Of a stretch of 64,000 bases of DNA, positions 25,627 to 37,335 are shown piece by piece. The DNA is from Escherichia coli. GTDB lineage: Bacteria > Pseudomonadota > Gammaproteobacteria > Enterobacterales > Enterobacteriaceae. The position numbers and the translations under genes are program-made. The notes below the pieces were generated by a model that saw only the letters and a program-made list of their open reading frames with translations, had not been told where the DNA came from and made no database searches. The first letter of the stretch is position 1, and each line of letters opens with the position of its first letter. The stretch lies in assembly GCF_030013595.1 (NCBI RefSeq), contig NZ_CP122768.1. One strand, written 5' to 3'.

Positions 25627-25992
25627 TTAATTTAATCGTATTGTGCTGGCATTTTCATCAGCCCCTTTTTGCCATACTTCATGCAGTTGGCTGGCATTTT
25701 CAACATTGTTGCAGCTGGCAGGAAAGCTTTTACCGGAAAGTCCTCGGGCATAAGTAAAATCGGTCTGGCAAGTTTTCTTTTGTCCTTCGGCATATCCTTT
25801 AAGGTATAGACCGCGATCCGCCTGTGAATCGCTAAATGCATCGTCATCTTTTATGGTGCTGCCCGATATCGCATCTTCCATACCGACATCATACCAGTCG
25901 GTGCTGGTCAAGGTTGGCGCGTGAGTATAAGGATCAATCTGACATCCGCTAACCAGTAAAGCCAACAAGGGGGCAATAAACTTTTTCATCAT
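25627..25992 (-). CDS. yfiL: Lipoprotein YfiL
   Basis: MMKKFIAPLLALLVSGCQ lipoprotein signal; ORF-track start 26010 is probably an extension. Confidence 0.8.
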   Translation of the reverse strand: MMKKFIAPLLALLVSGCQIDPYTHAPTLTSTDWYDVGMEDAISGSTIKDDDAFSDSQADRGLYLKGYAEGQKKTCQTDFTYARGLSGKSFPASCNNVENASQLHEVWQKGADENASTIRLN

Positions 25993-26037
25993 TTCTTTCT
26001 CCTTTTTCAAAGCATAGCGGATTGTTTTTAAAGGAGG

Positions 26038-26107
26038 TGTAAATTTATTTGTACGAAAATAAGCGTCAAAAGCGCGAATAAATTGCTTGTGTAAATAAAA
26101 ATGTACG
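26038..26107 (+). promoter_or_regulatory. aroF regulatory region with TyrR boxes (TGTAAA-N6-TGTACA at 26038-26055; TGTAAA-N6-TGTACG at 26090-26107)
   Basis: Two close matches to TyrR box consensus TGTAAA-N6-TTTACA upstream of aroF. Confidence 0.6.
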
Positions 26108-26201
26108 AAATATGGATTGAAAACTTTACTTTATGTGTTATCGTTACGTCATCCTCGCTGAGGATCAACTATCGCAAACGAGCATAAACAGGATCGCCAT
26201 C

Positions 26202-27272
26202 ATGCAAAAAGACGCGCTGAATAACGTACATATTACCGACGAACAGGTTTTAATGACTCCGGAACAACTGAAGGCCGCTTTTCCATTAAGCCTGCAACAA
26301 GAAGCCCAGATTGCTGACTCGCGTAAAACCATTTCAGATATTATCGCCGGGCGCGATCCTCGTCTGTTGGTAGTATGTGGTCCTTGTTCCATTCATGATC
26401 CGGAAACTGCTCTGGAATATGCTCGTCGATTTAAAGCCCTTGCCGCAGAGGTCAGCGATAGCCTCTATCTGGTAATGCGCGTCTATTTTGAAAAACCCCG
26501 TACCACTGTCGGTTGGAAAGGGTTGATTAACGATCCCCATATGGATGGCTCTTTTGATGTAGAAGCCGGGCTGCAGATCGCGCGTAAATTGCTGCTTGAG
26601 CTGGTGAATATGGGACTGCCACTGGCGACGGAAGCGTTAGATCCAAATAGCCCGCAATACCTGGGCGATCTGTTTAGCTGGTCAGCAATTGGTGCTCGTA
26701 CAACGGAATCGCAAACTCACCGTGAAATGGCCTCCGGGCTTTCCATGCCGGTTGGTTTTAAAAACGGCACCGACGGCAGCCTTGCAACGGCAATTAACGC
26801 TATGCGTGCCGCCGCCCAGCCGCACCGTTTTGTTGGCATTAACCAGGCAGGGCAGGTTGCGTTGCTACAAACTCAGGGGAATCCGGACGGGCATGTGATC
26901 CTGCGCGGTGGTAAAGCGCCGAACTATAGCCCTGCGGATGTTGCGCAATGTGAAAAAGAGATGGAACAGGCGGGACTGCGCCCGTCTCTGATGGTAGATT
27001 GCAGCCACGGTAATTCCAATAAAGATTATCGCCGTCAGCCTGCGGTGGCAGAATCCGTGGTTGCTCAAATCAAAGATGGCAATCGCTCAATTATTGGTCT
27101 GATGATCGAAAGTAATATCCACGAGGGCAATCAGTCTTCCGAGCAACCGCGCAGTGAAATGAAATACGGTGTATCCGTAACCGATGCCTGCATTAGTTGG
27201 GAAATGACCGATGCCTTGCTGCGTGAAATTCATCAGGATCTGAACGGGCAGCTGACGGCTCGCGTGGCTTAA
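26202..27272 (+). CDS. aroF: DAHP synthase, tyrosine-sensitive (AroF)
   Basis: 356 aa starting [30 protein letters not shown]; ORF-track start 26133 is an extension. Confidence 0.95.
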   Translation: MQKDALNNVHITDEQVLMTPEQLKAAFPLSLQQEAQIADSRKTISDIIAGRDPRLLVVCGPCSIHDPETALEYARRFKALAAEVSDSLYLVMRVYFEKPRTTVGWKGLINDPHMDGSFDVEAGLQIARKLLLELVNMGLPLATEALDPNSPQYLGDLFSWSAIGARTTESQTHREMASGLSMPVGFKNGTDGSLATAINAMRAAAQPHRFVGINQAGQVALLQTQGNPDGHVILRGGKAPNYSPADVAQCEKEMEQAGLRPSLMVDCSHGNSNKDYRRQPAVAESVVAQIKDGNRSIIGLMIESNIHEGNQSSEQPRSEMKYGVSVTDACISWEMTDALLREIHQDLNGQLTARVA

Positions 27273-27282
27273 GAGGTTTATT

Positions 27283-28404
27283 ATGGTTGCTGAATTGACC
27301 GCATTACGCGATCAAATTGATGAAGTCGATAAAGCGCTGCTGAATTTATTAGCGAAGCGTCTGGAACTGGTTGCTGAAGTGGGAGAGGTGAAAAGCCGCT
27401 TTGGACTGCCTATTTATGTTCCGGAGCGAGAGGCATCTATGCTGGCCTCGCGTCGTGCAGAGGCGGAAGCTCTGGGTGTACCGCCAGATCTGATTGAGGA
27501 TGTTTTGCGTCGGGTGATGCGTGAATCTTACTCCAGTGAAAACGACAAAGGATTTAAAACGCTTTGTCCGTCACTGCGTCCGGTGGTTATCGTCGGTGGT
27601 GGCGGTCAGATGGGACGTCTGTTCGAGAAGATGCTGGCACTCTCGGGTTATCAGGTGCGGATTCTGGAGCAACATGACTGGGATCGAGCGGCTGATATTG
27701 TTGCCGATGCCGGAATGGTGATTGTTAGTGTGCCCATCCACGTTACTGAACAAGTTATTGGCAAATTACCGCCTTTACCGAAAGATTGTATTCTGGTTGA
27801 TCTGGCATCGGTGAAAAATGGACCATTACAGGCCATGCTGGCGGCGCATGATGGTCCGGTGCTGGGGTTACACCCGATGTTCGGCCCGGACAGCGGTAGC
27901 CTGGCAAAGCAAGTTGTGGTCTGGTGTGATGGACGTAAGCCGGAAGCATACCAATGGTTTCTGGAGCAAATTCAGGTCTGGGGCGCTCGGCTGCATCGTA
28001 TTAGCGCCGTCGAGCACGATCAGAATATGGCGTTTATTCAGGCTCTGCGCCACTTTGCTACTTTTGCTTATGGGCTGCACCTGGCAGAAGAAAATGTTCA
28101 GCTTGAGCAACTTCTGGCACTTTCTTCGCCGATTTACCGCCTTGAGCTGGCGATGGTCGGGCGACTGTTTGCTCAGGATCCGCAGCTTTATGCCGACATC
28201 ATTATGTCGTCAGAGCGTAATCTGGCGTTGATCAAACGTTATTATAAGCGTTTCGGCGAGGCGATTGAGTTGCTGGAGCAGGGCGATAAGCAGGCGTTTA
28301 TTGACAGTTTCCGTAAGGTGGAGCACTGGTTCGGCGATTACGCACAGCGTTTTCAGAGTGAAAGCCGCGTGTTATTGCGTCAGGCGAATGACAGTCGCCA
28401 GTAA
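27283..28404 (+). CDS. tyrA: Bifunctional chorismate mutase / prephenate dehydrogenase TyrA
   Basis: 373 aa, [37 protein letters not shown]... Confidence 0.95.
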   Translation: MVAELTALRDQIDEVDKALLNLLAKRLELVAEVGEVKSRFGLPIYVPEREASMLASRRAEAEALGVPPDLIEDVLRRVMRESYSSENDKGFKTLCPSLRPVVIVGGGGQMGRLFEKMLALSGYQVRILEQHDWDRAADIVADAGMVIVSVPIHVTEQVIGKLPPLPKDCILVDLASVKNGPLQAMLAAHDGPVLGLHPMFGPDSGSLAKQVVVWCDGRKPEAYQWFLEQIQVWGARLHRISAVEHDQNMAFIQALRHFATFAYGLHLAEENVQLEQLLALSSPIYRLELAMVGRLFAQDPQLYADIIMSSERNLALIKRYYKRFGEAIELLEQGDKQAFIDSFRKVEHWFGDYAQRFQSESRVLLRQANDSRQ

Positions 28405-28411
28405 TAATCCA

Positions 28412-28439
28412 GTGCCGGGTGGCGTGTTTCACCCGGCAC
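28412..28439. terminator. Hairpin between convergent tyrA and pheA (GTGCCGGGT-loop-ACCCGGCAC)
   Basis: 9-bp inverted repeat; flanking T/A runs weak. Confidence 0.35.
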
Positions 28440-28446
28440 GATTTCA

Positions 28447-29607
28447 TTATGCCGGATCGACTGGTACCACATTCTCGCTTGGGTAACAGCCCAGGACTTT
28501 CATCGAGCGAGTGATTTCACCTAGCTCTTTCAACGCCTGTTGCATTTCCGCTGATTCCAGATTGGCCTGAATATCCAGATAAAACATCTCTTCCCACGGG
28601 TTTCCGTGAATCGGGCGTGATTCCAGACGGGTCATAATCAGATTGTGGTTGCGCAGTACCAGCAACGCTTCAACCAGCGCACCAGCTTGTTGGCCGGTCG
28701 CCATTAACAACGTCGTTTTCGCCGGAACCTGGTCAGAAACGTTAATGGCTTTACGTGCCAACACCACAAATCGGGTGAAGTTTTGTCGCTGATTCGCTTC
28801 AATACGCTCCAGTACCTGCAAACCGTACAAAGTGCCGCCAGCTTCGCTTCCCAACGCAGCAATATGCGGTGATTTTGCCTGTGCAACCTTTTCCATTGCC
28901 GCAGACGTACTTTCGGTATATTCAATCTTCCAGTGTGGATAACGATTAAGGAATTTGCTGCATTGCTGGAATGGCTGCGGATGGCTGTAGACCGTATTAA
29001 TGGTGGATAAATCAGTAGTGCCGGAGACCAACAAACAATGGTCGATAGTTAACGTCATCTCGCCAACAATCGACAAACTGGTATGTTGCAGCAGATCGTA
29101 AACGTCGTTTATGGCACCGGAGCTGGTATTTTCAATCGGTACGACGGCATAGTCGGCCTGGCCGGTTTCCACCTGATTAAAAATATCGGCAAATTTGGCG
29201 CAGCCACTTTCAATGAATTGCTCAAAGTGACGGGCAGCGTACTGACGAGCGGCAAGATGTGAATAGGAGCCTTTGGGGCCGAGAAAAGCAATGCGGGCAG
29301 AGTGTGGATTAATTTTATTGAGATGTTGCTGGAGCAAAGCCTGCTGAGTTAATACGGAATCTTCAATGATGAGCTGGAACAGGCGAGTAATGTAATGGGC
29401 GTCCAGATGGTGCGCTTTACCGAGCGTAATTAATCTTTCCAGTAAATCGCGTTCACGATCAATATCACGTACCGGGCGATGCGAGAGCAGTTTGGCTTTT
29501 CCCACCTCGACGGCCAGTTCGCGCCGCTCTGCGAGTAATGCTAATAATTTTTCATCCAGCGCGCTGATTTTCTCTCGCAGCGCCAGTAACGGGTTTTCCG
29601 ATGTCAT
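28447..29607 (-). CDS. pheA: Bifunctional chorismate mutase / prephenate dehydratase PheA
   Basis: 386 aa, [39 protein letters not shown]... Confidence 0.95.
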   Translation of the reverse strand: MTSENPLLALREKISALDEKLLALLAERRELAVEVGKAKLLSHRPVRDIDRERDLLERLITLGKAHHLDAHYITRLFQLIIEDSVLTQQALLQQHLNKINPHSARIAFLGPKGSYSHLAARQYAARHFEQFIESGCAKFADIFNQVETGQADYAVVPIENTSSGAINDVYDLLQHTSLSIVGEMTLTIDHCLLVSGTTDLSTINTVYSHPQPFQQCSKFLNRYPHWKIEYTESTSAAMEKVAQAKSPHIAALGSEAGGTLYGLQVLERIEANQRQNFTRFVVLARKAINVSDQVPAKTTLLMATGQQAGALVEALLVLRNHNLIMTRLESRPIHGNPWEEMFYLDIQANLESAEMQQALKELGEITRSMKVLGCYPSENVVPVDPA

Positions 29608-29630
29608 AGTGTTGCCTTTTTGTTATCAAT

Positions 29631-29660
29631 AAAAAAGGCCCCCCGATTTGGGAGGCCTTA
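29631..29660 (-). terminator. pheA attenuator terminator (minus strand GGCCTCCC-AAATC-GGGGGGCC + T6)
   Basis: GC-rich hairpin followed by T-run on the minus strand between pheL and pheA. Confidence 0.7.
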
Positions 29661-29705
29661 TTGTTCGTCTTCGCATTCTGTTTCACACGACGAAACGCCT
29701 CCCAT

Positions 29706-29753
29706 TCAGGGGAAGGTAAAAAAGAATGCGAAGAAAAACGGTGTGTGTTTCAT
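29706..29753 (-). CDS. pheL: pheA leader peptide PheL (15 aa: [15 protein letters not shown], seven Phe codons)
   Basis: Minus-strand ATG AAA CAC ACA CCG TTT TTC TTC GCA TTC TTT TTT ACC TTC CCC TGA read directly. Confidence 0.85.
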   Translation of the reverse strand: [15 protein letters not shown]

Positions 29754-29809
29754 GTTTGTTTCCTTAAGTGACTTCAGTACAGTACCCGTACTGTTTTCAC
29801 GCTGTCAAC

Positions 29810-29832
29810 AAAAAACGCGCCCGAAGGCGCGT
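29810..29832 (-). terminator. Intrinsic terminator downstream of raiA (minus strand AACGCGCC-TTCG-GGCGCGTT + T5)
   Basis: Inverted repeat ACGCGCCCGAAGGCGCGT with A5 on + strand immediately upstream (T5 on minus). Confidence 0.55.
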
Positions 29833-29856
29833 TGGCGATACACTCAATATAAAGGA

Positions 29857-30252
<396 letters not shown>

Positions 30253-30431
30253 TCAAAATGTGTGATGGAAATCTCATAATTTTGTCACTTTTTGTCAACG
30301 AATCTTTTTTGTGAGAAATCGCAGGAAGAGGTGTTTTTTTACTTGAGGAATATCTCAAAGCGAGCCATATTTGATGAGATCGATAGTGACTAAATCGCTT
30401 CAGTTTCACAACTAACAGAATAAAAAAACGG

Positions 30432-30445
30432 CAGCTCAAGGGCTG
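30432..30445. repeat. Target-site duplication, left copy (CAGCTCAAGGGCTG) flanking IS4
   Basis: Identical 14-mer occurs immediately outside both IS4 ends (30432-30445 and 31872-31885); true TSD 12-14 bp depending on end assignment. Confidence 0.7.
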
Positions 30446-31871
30446 TAATGCCAGTCAGTTAAGCAACTTACTGGCTCTTTTTCGGGGCTGTGGGGTATTT
30501 CCAGGGCCTCTCCTTTACCACTCTCGGGAAGGCCCTTTCCCTTCTTGTCGGTAATTTCACAAGTTGTCCCATACTTGCAAGATCGCGCATCAGCTCCGGT
30601 ATACGTCCCGGTGAAGCGCCCTGCAATGTCATCAGCATTCTCATCACCATTCCGCATGATTCTGAGAAACTCAGTTGATTCGGCCAGTAACCTTTCAGAT
30701 GTTCCGCCATTTTAATCATCTGATATCTCACCAGATTATAAGCCAGTAAGACACCCCACAGCTCTTGCTCCACAAGCTCCGGTTTTTTACTTCTCAGCGT
30801 CAGCCTGCTCAGTTGCATCGTCTGTTTTATCTCCCTGTATCCCAGTTCGATTTCCCAGCGATGACTGTACAGATCCGCCATTTCTCCTCCGGGGAAGCGC
30901 ATGGCGTCCGTCATCGACGTCAGCAGATGGCAGACTTTTCCTTTGCGCGTCACGGTCAGCAGGCGGGCTGTCACTTCATTTCCCAGTCCCGGCCACTTTT
31001 TTCGTGCCTGCGGGCTGGTTTTCAGCTTCACCAGATGATCGCCTTTACCCAGTTTTCTGATCTCTTCATATTGCGCTCCCTTTCTGAGAGGTATCATCCA
31101 GTGGCGGTGTTCTCCCGCCAGGCTCCAGGCATTTAACAGTCCCAGTGAGTAATAACCTTTATCCATTAACGTCAGAGTGTTATCGCCGGTTTGTTCTATA
31201 AGTTGCTCAGCAAGCTCATTTTCGCTGTTCTTCATCGTGCCGAAGGCTGCAGCCGTCAGCAGATGGCTGGTCAGTTCCATCTGGCAGACCATTTTGACCT
31301 GCGGGTAGAGCGCCGGGTTCCCGGCATGTGTCTGGCGGGGGAAGGCTGCATCGTTCTCTGGTGTATCCGGTGTGCGCCAGAACACACCATCGATGGCCAG
31401 CAGGGTCAGGCCGCACCAGTGCGGATGCGGCGTGGCGTTATGCCAGAGCTGCGCTGTTTTCGTGAACACGCGGCGGACAGCCTCACTTCCCAGGCGCTGG
31501 CGGGCCTGAATAACGGCACTGGGAGCAACGAAGGGGCGATTGCCCGGCAGCATGATGTCCAGGCGATTCACAATCTGGTGAAGAGGTTCTTTACGCTCAA
31601 GCGCCATGCCAACAATACACCAGACCATCATTTCGAGGGGAAGACGGCGCTTGCGTAGCGTTACAGTACCTGATTCGGCAAGGCAACGAGAGATGAGTTC
31701 GGGATCGAGGTAATCCCCCAGAGAAGTCAGTGGGTTACGCAGAGAATCGTAACGGGATACCAGATCAAGAGCCTGTCCAATGTGCATAAAAAAATCCGGA
31801 AACAAGTGAGCGTTTCCGGATTCTTACACAGCCACTGGATCGGTCAACTGATCCTTAACTGATCGGCATTA
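30446..31871 (-). mobile_element. Insertion sequence IS4 (1426 bp) with imperfect terminal inverted repeats TAATGCCAGTCAGTTAAG / TAATGCCGATCAGTTAAGG
   Basis: Terminal IRs read from sequence, length equals canonical IS4, single IS4-type DDE transposase ORF, flanking direct repeat. Confidence 0.9.
30468..31805 (-). CDS. insG: IS4 family transposase (InsG)
   Basis: 445-aa ORF matching recalled IS4 transposase; true start may be an internal ATG (MHIGQALD...). Confidence 0.9.
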   Translation of the reverse strand: MFPDFFMHIGQALDLVSRYDSLRNPLTSLGDYLDPELISRCLAESGTVTLRKRRLPLEMMVWCIVGMALERKEPLHQIVNRLDIMLPGNRPFVAPSAVIQARQRLGSEAVRRVFTKTAQLWHNATPHPHWCGLTLLAIDGVFWRTPDTPENDAAFPRQTHAGNPALYPQVKMVCQMELTSHLLTAAAFGTMKNSENELAEQLIEQTGDNTLTLMDKGYYSLGLLNAWSLAGEHRHWMIPLRKGAQYEEIRKLGKGDHLVKLKTSPQARKKWPGLGNEVTARLLTVTRKGKVCHLLTSMTDAMRFPGGEMADLYSHRWEIELGYREIKQTMQLSRLTLRSKKPELVEQELWGVLLAYNLVRYQMIKMAEHLKGYWPNQLSFSESCGMVMRMLMTLQGASPGRIPELMRDLASMGQLVKLPTRRERAFPRVVKERPWKYPTAPKKSQ

Positions 31872-31885
31872 CAGCTCAAGGGCTG
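31872..31885. repeat. Target-site duplication, right copy (CAGCTCAAGGGCTG) flanking IS4
   Basis: See left copy. Confidence 0.7.
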
Positions 31886-31908
31886 CCGTTTTGTGTTTCA
31901 GGTTTTTG

Positions 31909-32646
31909 TTATGTATTGCTGCTGTTTGCAGCGATGATTTTCGCTACTTTTTCAGCTTGCGCATTCATCTGCATCTGACGGTATGCATTTTCCATCAGCG
32001 GCAGCGCATCACGCGTCGCCTGGGTATCCGGGTAGTCGCGCAACATGCCTTCTACGCGGTTAACGACGGCAACCCATGCACCACGTTCTGTATAGTACTC
32101 GGCAACGGAGTATTCATATTTCGCCAGACGATCTTTCAGGAATACCAGACGTTTGGTGGCATCGGTGGTGTACTGACTGTTCGGATAGCCGCGCACCAGT
32201 TTGGAAAAGTCACTAAACGCAGCTCGTGCATGTTGAGGATCGCGATCGCTACGATCAACGCCAAAGAACCCTTGCAGCGCACTGTCATCCAGCGCCATAT
32301 TGGTCAGGCCACGCATGTACATGACATAATCGATATTCGGATGGGTCGGGTTAAGGCGAATAAAACGATCGATGGCAGCCTGCGCTAACGGCAAATCGGC
32401 GTTTTTATAGTAGGCGTAGATGAGATCCAGCTGCACCTGCTGCGAATATGGACCAAACGGATAGCGATTATCTAACGCTTCCAGTTGCGTTATTGCCTGT
32501 CTCCAGTTACCGTCCTGCAGCTTTTGTTGTGCAGTCGCGTAAATTTCATTTGGCGGATTATCAGGTACTTCTTCCTTTGACCCCGAGCAACCCGCCAAAA
32601 ACAGGCTTAGTGTGGCGGCTGCCACCAGATATTTCATGCGCGTCAT
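31909..32646 (-). CDS. bamD: Outer membrane protein assembly factor BamD (YfiO), TPR lipoprotein
   Basis: 245 aa, lipobox LAGCSGS, matches recalled BamD. Confidence 0.95.
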
Positions 32647-32780
32647 GACGTTTTGACTTTCCTCAAAATGTAATACGGGAGATTCTCTGTTCCTGCTCCC
32701 GGTTAAGACCAGCTACAATAGCACACTATATTAAACGGCAAAGCCGTAAAACCCCAACGATAAACGAAGAAGCAGTATAT

Positions 32781-33761
32781 ATGGCACAACGAGTACAGCT
32801 CACTGCAACGGTGTCCGAAAACCAACTCGGTCAACGCTTAGATCAGGCTTTGGCCGAAATGTTCCCGGATTATTCACGTTCGCGGATAAAAGAATGGATC
32901 CTCGACCAGCGCGTGCTGGTTAACGGCAAAGTTTGTGATAAGCCGAAAGAAAAAGTATTGGGTGGCGAGCAGGTTGCCATCAACGCTGAGATTGAAGAAG
33001 AAGCGCGTTTTGAACCGCAGGATATCCCGCTGGATATTGTCTATGAAGATGACGATATCATCGTCATTAATAAACCACGCGACCTGGTGGTACATCCTGG
33101 CGCGGGTAACCCGGATGGCACGGTACTGAATGCGTTGCTTCATTATTATCCGCCCATTGCCGATGTACCGCGTGCGGGCATCGTCCATCGTCTGGATAAA
33201 GACACCACCGGCCTGATGGTTGTGGCAAAAACCGTTCCGGCTCAGACGCGTTTAGTCGAATCTTTGCAACGGCGTGAAATTACTCGTGAGTATGAAGCGG
33301 TGGCAATTGGTCATATGACCGCTGGCGGTACAGTAGATGAACCAATCAGCCGCCACCCGACCAAACGTACTCACATGGCGGTGCATCCCATGGGCAAACC
33401 GGCGGTCACTCACTATCGCATCATGGAACACTTCCGTGTGCACACGCGTCTGCGGTTGCGTCTGGAAACTGGACGTACGCACCAGATCCGCGTGCATATG
33501 GCCCATATCACTCATCCGCTGGTGGGCGATCCGGTTTATGGTGGCCGTCCGCGTCCGCCAAAAGGTGCTTCGGAAGCGTTTATCTCCACGCTGCGTAAGT
33601 TTGACCGCCAGGCGCTTCATGCAACCATGCTGCGTCTTTATCACCCAATCTCCGGCATCGAAATGGAATGGCATGCGCCTATTCCACAAGATATGGTGGA
33701 GCTGATTGAGGTGATGCGCGCCGATTTCGAAGAGCATAAAGATGAAGTGGACTGGTTATGA
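32781..33761 (+). CDS. rluD: 23S rRNA pseudouridine(1911/1915/1917) synthase RluD
   Basis: 326 aa, S4 domain plus RluA-family catalytic motif (HRLDKDTTGLMVVAK). Confidence 0.95.
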   Translation: MAQRVQLTATVSENQLGQRLDQALAEMFPDYSRSRIKEWILDQRVLVNGKVCDKPKEKVLGGEQVAINAEIEEEARFEPQDIPLDIVYEDDDIIVINKPRDLVVHPGAGNPDGTVLNALLHYYPPIADVPRAGIVHRLDKDTTGLMVVAKTVPAQTRLVESLQRREITREYEAVAIGHMTAGGTVDEPISRHPTKRTHMAVHPMGKPAVTHYRIMEHFRVHTRLRLRLETGRTHQIRVHMAHITHPLVGDPVYGGRPRPPKGASEAFISTLRKFDRQALHATMLRLYHPISGIEMEWHAPIPQDMVELIEVMRADFEEHKDEVDWL

Positions 33762-34489
33762 GTAAGCTGATTGTCCCGCAGTGGCCCCTGCCAAAAGGTG
33801 TTGCGGCCTGTAGCTCTACTCGTATCGGCGGCGTGAGCTTGCCCCCGTATGACTCGCTCAACCTCGGTGCTCATTGTGGCGATAACCCGGATCACGTTGA
33901 GGAGAATCGCAAGCGACTTTTTGCTGCGGGCAATTTGCCTTCAAAACCGGTCTGGCTTGAGCAGGTACACGGCAGAGATGTGCTTAAGCTTACTGGCGAA
34001 CCTTATGCCTCAAAACGAGCAGATGCCTCTTATAGCAACACGCCGGGCACGGTTTGCGCAGTGATGACTGCCGACTGCCTCCCCGTGCTGTTTTGCAATC
34101 GAGCGGGAACGGAAGTCGCCGCCGCTCATGCTGGCTGGCGTGGACTGTGCGCTGGCGTGTTGGAGGAGACGGTTTCCTGTTTTGCTGATAATCCGGAAAA
34201 TATTCTCGCCTGGTTAGGGCCGGCAATTGGTCCACGCGCGTTTGAAGTGGGGGCGGAGGTTCGCGAGGCGTTTATGGCAGTAGACGCCAAAGCGAGTACA
34301 GCTTTCATTCAGCATGGTGATAAGTATCTGGCGGATATTTATCTCCTTGCCCGGCAGCGTCTGGCGAACGTCGGTGTCGAACAAATTTTCGGCGGCAACC
34401 GTTGTACATATACGGAAAATGAGACTTTCTTCTCTTATCGTCGCGACAAGACCACTGGTCGTATGGCAAGTTTCATTTGGCTGATATAA
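33758..34489 (+). CDS. yfiH: YfiH / PgeF (DUF152 purine nucleoside phosphorylase/laccase-like family)
   Basis: 243 aa, start overlaps rluD stop (ATGA); matches recalled YfiH. Confidence 0.9.
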   Translation: MSKLIVPQWPLPKGVAACSSTRIGGVSLPPYDSLNLGAHCGDNPDHVEENRKRLFAAGNLPSKPVWLEQVHGRDVLKLTGEPYASKRADASYSNTPGTVCAVMTADCLPVLFCNRAGTEVAAAHAGWRGLCAGVLEETVSCFADNPENILAWLGPAIGPRAFEVGAEVREAFMAVDAKASTAFIQHGDKYLADIYLLARQRLANVGVEQIFGGNRCTYTENETFFSYRRDKTTGRMASFIWLI

Positions 34490-34551
34490 CCTAAAGAATC
34501 AAGACGATCCGGTACGCGTGATTTTCTTTTCACATTAATCTGGTCAATAAC

Positions 34552-34579
34552 CTTGAATAATTGAGGGATGACCTCATTT
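34552..34579 (+). promoter_or_regulatory. Sigma32 heat-shock promoter of clpB (-35 CTTGAAT, 14-bp spacer, -10 CCTCATTT)
   Basis: Match to sigma32 consensus upstream of clpB. Confidence 0.5.
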
Positions 34580-34618
34580 AATCTCCAGTAGCAACTTTGA
34601 TCCGTTATGGGAGGAGTT

Positions 34619-37192
34619 ATGCGTCTGGATCGTCTTACTAATAAATTCCAGCTTGCTCTTGCCGATGCCCAATCACTTGCACTCGGGCACGACAACCAAT
34701 TTATCGAACCACTTCATTTAATGAGCGCCCTGCTGAATCAGGAAGGGGGGTCGGTTAGTCCTTTATTAACATCCGCTGGCATAAATGCTGGCCAGTTGCG
34801 CACAGATATCAATCAGGCATTAAATCGTTTACCGCAGGTTGAAGGTACTGGTGGTGATGTCCAGCCATCACAGGATCTGGTGCGCGTTCTTAATCTTTGC
34901 GACAAGCTGGCGCAAAAACGTGGTGATAACTTTATCTCGTCAGAACTGTTCGTTCTGGCGGCACTTGAGTCTCGCGGCACGCTGGCCGACATCCTGAAAG
35001 CAGCAGGGGCGACCACCGCCAACATTACTCAAGCGATTGAACAAATGCGTGGAGGTGAAAGCGTGAACGATCAAGGTGCTGAAGACCAACGTCAGGCTTT
35101 GAAAAAATATACCATCGACCTTACCGAACGAGCCGAACAGGGCAAACTCGATCCGGTGATTGGTCGTGATGAAGAAATTCGCCGTACCATTCAGGTGCTG
35201 CAACGTCGTACTAAAAATAACCCAGTACTGATTGGTGAACCCGGCGTCGGTAAAACTGCCATCGTTGAAGGTCTGGCGCAGCGTATTATCAACGGCGAAG
35301 TGCCGGAAGGGTTGAAAGGCCGCCGCGTACTGGCGCTGGATATGGGCGCGCTGGTGGCTGGGGCGAAATATCGCGGTGAGTTTGAAGAACGTTTAAAAGG
35401 CGTGCTTAACGATCTTGCCAAACAGGAAGGCAACGTCATCCTGTTTATCGACGAATTACATACCATGGTCGGCGCGGGTAAAGCCGATGGCGCAATGGAC
35501 GCCGGAAACATGCTGAAACCGGCGCTGGCGCGTGGTGAATTGCACTGCGTAGGTGCCACGACGCTTGACGAATATCGCCAGTACATCGAAAAAGATGCTG
35601 CGCTGGAACGTCGTTTCCAGAAAGTGTTTGTTGCCGAGCCTTCTGTTGAAGACACCATTGCTATTCTGCGTGGCTTAAAAGAACGTTACGAACTGCACCA
35701 CCATGTGCAAATTACTGACCCGGCAATTGTTGCAGCGGCGACGTTGTCTCATCGCTACATTGCTGACCGTCAGCTGCCGGATAAAGCCATCGACCTGATC
35801 GATGAAGCAGCATCCAGCATTCGTATGCAGATTGACTCAAAACCAGAAGAACTCGACCGACTCGATCGTCGTATCATCCAGCTCAAACTGGAACAACAGG
35901 CGTTAATGAAAGAGTCTGATGAAGCCAGTAAAAAACGCCTGGATATGCTCAACGAAGAACTGAGCGACAAAGAACGTCAGTACTCCGAGTTAGAAGAAGA
36001 GTGGAAAGCAGAGAAAGCATCGCTTTCTGGTACACAGACCATTAAAGCGGAACTGGAACAGGCGAAAATCGCTATTGAACAGGCTCGCCGTGTGGGTGAC
36101 CTGGCGCGGATGTCTGAACTGCAATACGGCAAAATCCCGGAACTGGAAAAGCAACTGGAAGCCGCAACGCAGCTCGAAGGCAAAACTATGCGTCTGTTGC
36201 GTAATAAAGTGACCGACGCCGAAATTGCTGAAGTGCTGGCGCGTTGGACGGGGATTCCGGTTTCTCGCATGATGGAAAGCGAGCGCGAAAAACTGCTGCG
36301 TATGGAGCAAGAGCTGCACCATCGCGTTATTGGTCAGAACGAAGCGGTTGATGCGGTATCTAACGCTATTCGTCGTAGCCGCGCAGGGCTTGCTGACCCG
36401 AATCGCCCGATTGGTTCATTCCTGTTCCTCGGCCCAACCGGTGTGGGGAAAACTGAGCTTTGTAAGGCGCTGGCGAACTTTATGTTTGATAGCGACGAGG
36501 CGATGATCCGTATCGATATGTCCGAGTTTATGGAGAAACACTCGGTGTCTCGTCTGGTTGGTGCGCCTCCGGGATATGTCGGTTATGAAGAAGGTGGCTA
36601 CCTGACCGAAGCGGTGCGTCGTCGTCCGTATTCCGTCATCCTGCTGGATGAAGTGGAAAAAGCGCATCCGGATGTCTTCAACATTCTGTTGCAGGTACTG
36701 GATGATGGGCGTCTGACTGACGGGCAGGGGAGAACGGTCGACTTCCGTAATACGGTTGTCATTATGACCTCTAACCTCGGTTCCGATTTGATTCAGGAAC
36801 GCTTCGGTGAACTGGATTATGCGCACATGAAAGAGCTGGTGCTCGGTGTGGTAAGCCATAACTTCCGTCCGGAATTCATTAACCGTATCGATGAAGTGGT
36901 GGTCTTCCATCCGCTGGGTGAACAGCACATTGCGTCGATTGCGCAGATTCAGTTGAAACGTCTGTACAAACGTCTGGAAGAACGTGGTTATGAAATCCAC
37001 ATTTCTGACGAGGCGCTGAAACTGCTGAGCGAGAACGGTTACGATCCGGTCTATGGTGCACGTCCTCTGAAACGTGCAATTCAGCAGCAGATTGAAAACC
37101 CGCTGGCACAGCAAATACTGTCTGGTGAATTGGTTCCGGGTAAAGTGATTCGCCTGGAAGTTAATGAAGACCGGATTGTCGCCGTCCAGTAA
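34619..37192 (+). CDS. clpB: Chaperone ClpB (Hsp100 disaggregase)
   Basis: 857 aa from [18 protein letters not shown]; two AAA+ modules ([16 protein letters not shown]); ATG at 34619 preceded by GGGAGGAG. Confidence 0.95.
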   Translation: MRLDRLTNKFQLALADAQSLALGHDNQFIEPLHLMSALLNQEGGSVSPLLTSAGINAGQLRTDINQALNRLPQVEGTGGDVQPSQDLVRVLNLCDKLAQKRGDNFISSELFVLAALESRGTLADILKAAGATTANITQAIEQMRGGESVNDQGAEDQRQALKKYTIDLTERAEQGKLDPVIGRDEEIRRTIQVLQRRTKNNPVLIGEPGVGKTAIVEGLAQRIINGEVPEGLKGRRVLALDMGALVAGAKYRGEFEERLKGVLNDLAKQEGNVILFIDELHTMVGAGKADGAMDAGNMLKPALARGELHCVGATTLDEYRQYIEKDAALERRFQKVFVAEPSVEDTIAILRGLKERYELHHHVQITDPAIVAAATLSHRYIADRQLPDKAIDLIDEAASSIRMQIDSKPEELDRLDRRIIQLKLEQQALMKESDEASKKRLDMLNEELSDKERQYSELEEEWKAEKASLSGTQTIKAELEQAKIAIEQARRVGDLARMSELQYGKIPELEKQLEAATQLEGKTMRLLRNKVTDAEIAEVLARWTGIPVSRMMESEREKLLRMEQELHHRVIGQNEAVDAVSNAIRRSRAGLADPNRPIGSFLFLGPTGVGKTELCKALANFMFDSDEAMIRIDMSEFMEKHSVSRLVGAPPGYVGYEEGGYLTEAVRRRPYSVILLDEVEKAHPDVFNILLQVLDDGRLTDGQGRTVDFRNTVVIMTSNLGSDLIQERFGELDYAHMKELVLGVVSHNFRPEFINRIDEVVVFHPLGEQHIASIAQIQLKRLYKRLEERGYEIHISDEALKLLSENGYDPVYGARPLKRAIQQQIENPLAQQILSGELVPGKVIRLEVNEDRIVAVQ

Positions 37193-37198
37193 ATGATA

Positions 37199-37226
37199 AA
37201 ACGAGCCCTTCGGGGCTCATTTTTGT
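37199..37226 (+). terminator. Intrinsic terminator after clpB (GAGCCC-TTCG-GGGCTC + T5)
   Basis: Perfect hairpin followed by ATTTTTGT. Confidence 0.6.
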
Positions 37227-37307
37227 CTATAAGTTAGACGGAAAAGACTATATTTAAGATGTTTTGCCTGAAAAATGAGCGAACGATAAAGTTTTTATAT
37301 TTTTCGC

Positions 37308-37335
37308 TTGTCAGGCCGGAATAACTCCTTATAAT
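37308..37335 (+). promoter_or_regulatory. rRNA operon promoter P1 (-35 TTGTCA, 16 bp, -10 TATAAT) with AT-rich UP region upstream
   Basis: Canonical rrn P1 hexamers and spacing. Confidence 0.65.

Noticed and set aside
35191-37114. Several minus-strand ORFs (155, 97, 110, 232, 76 aa) inside clpB
   Set aside because: Antisense to a confidently identified, highly conserved gene; no independent support
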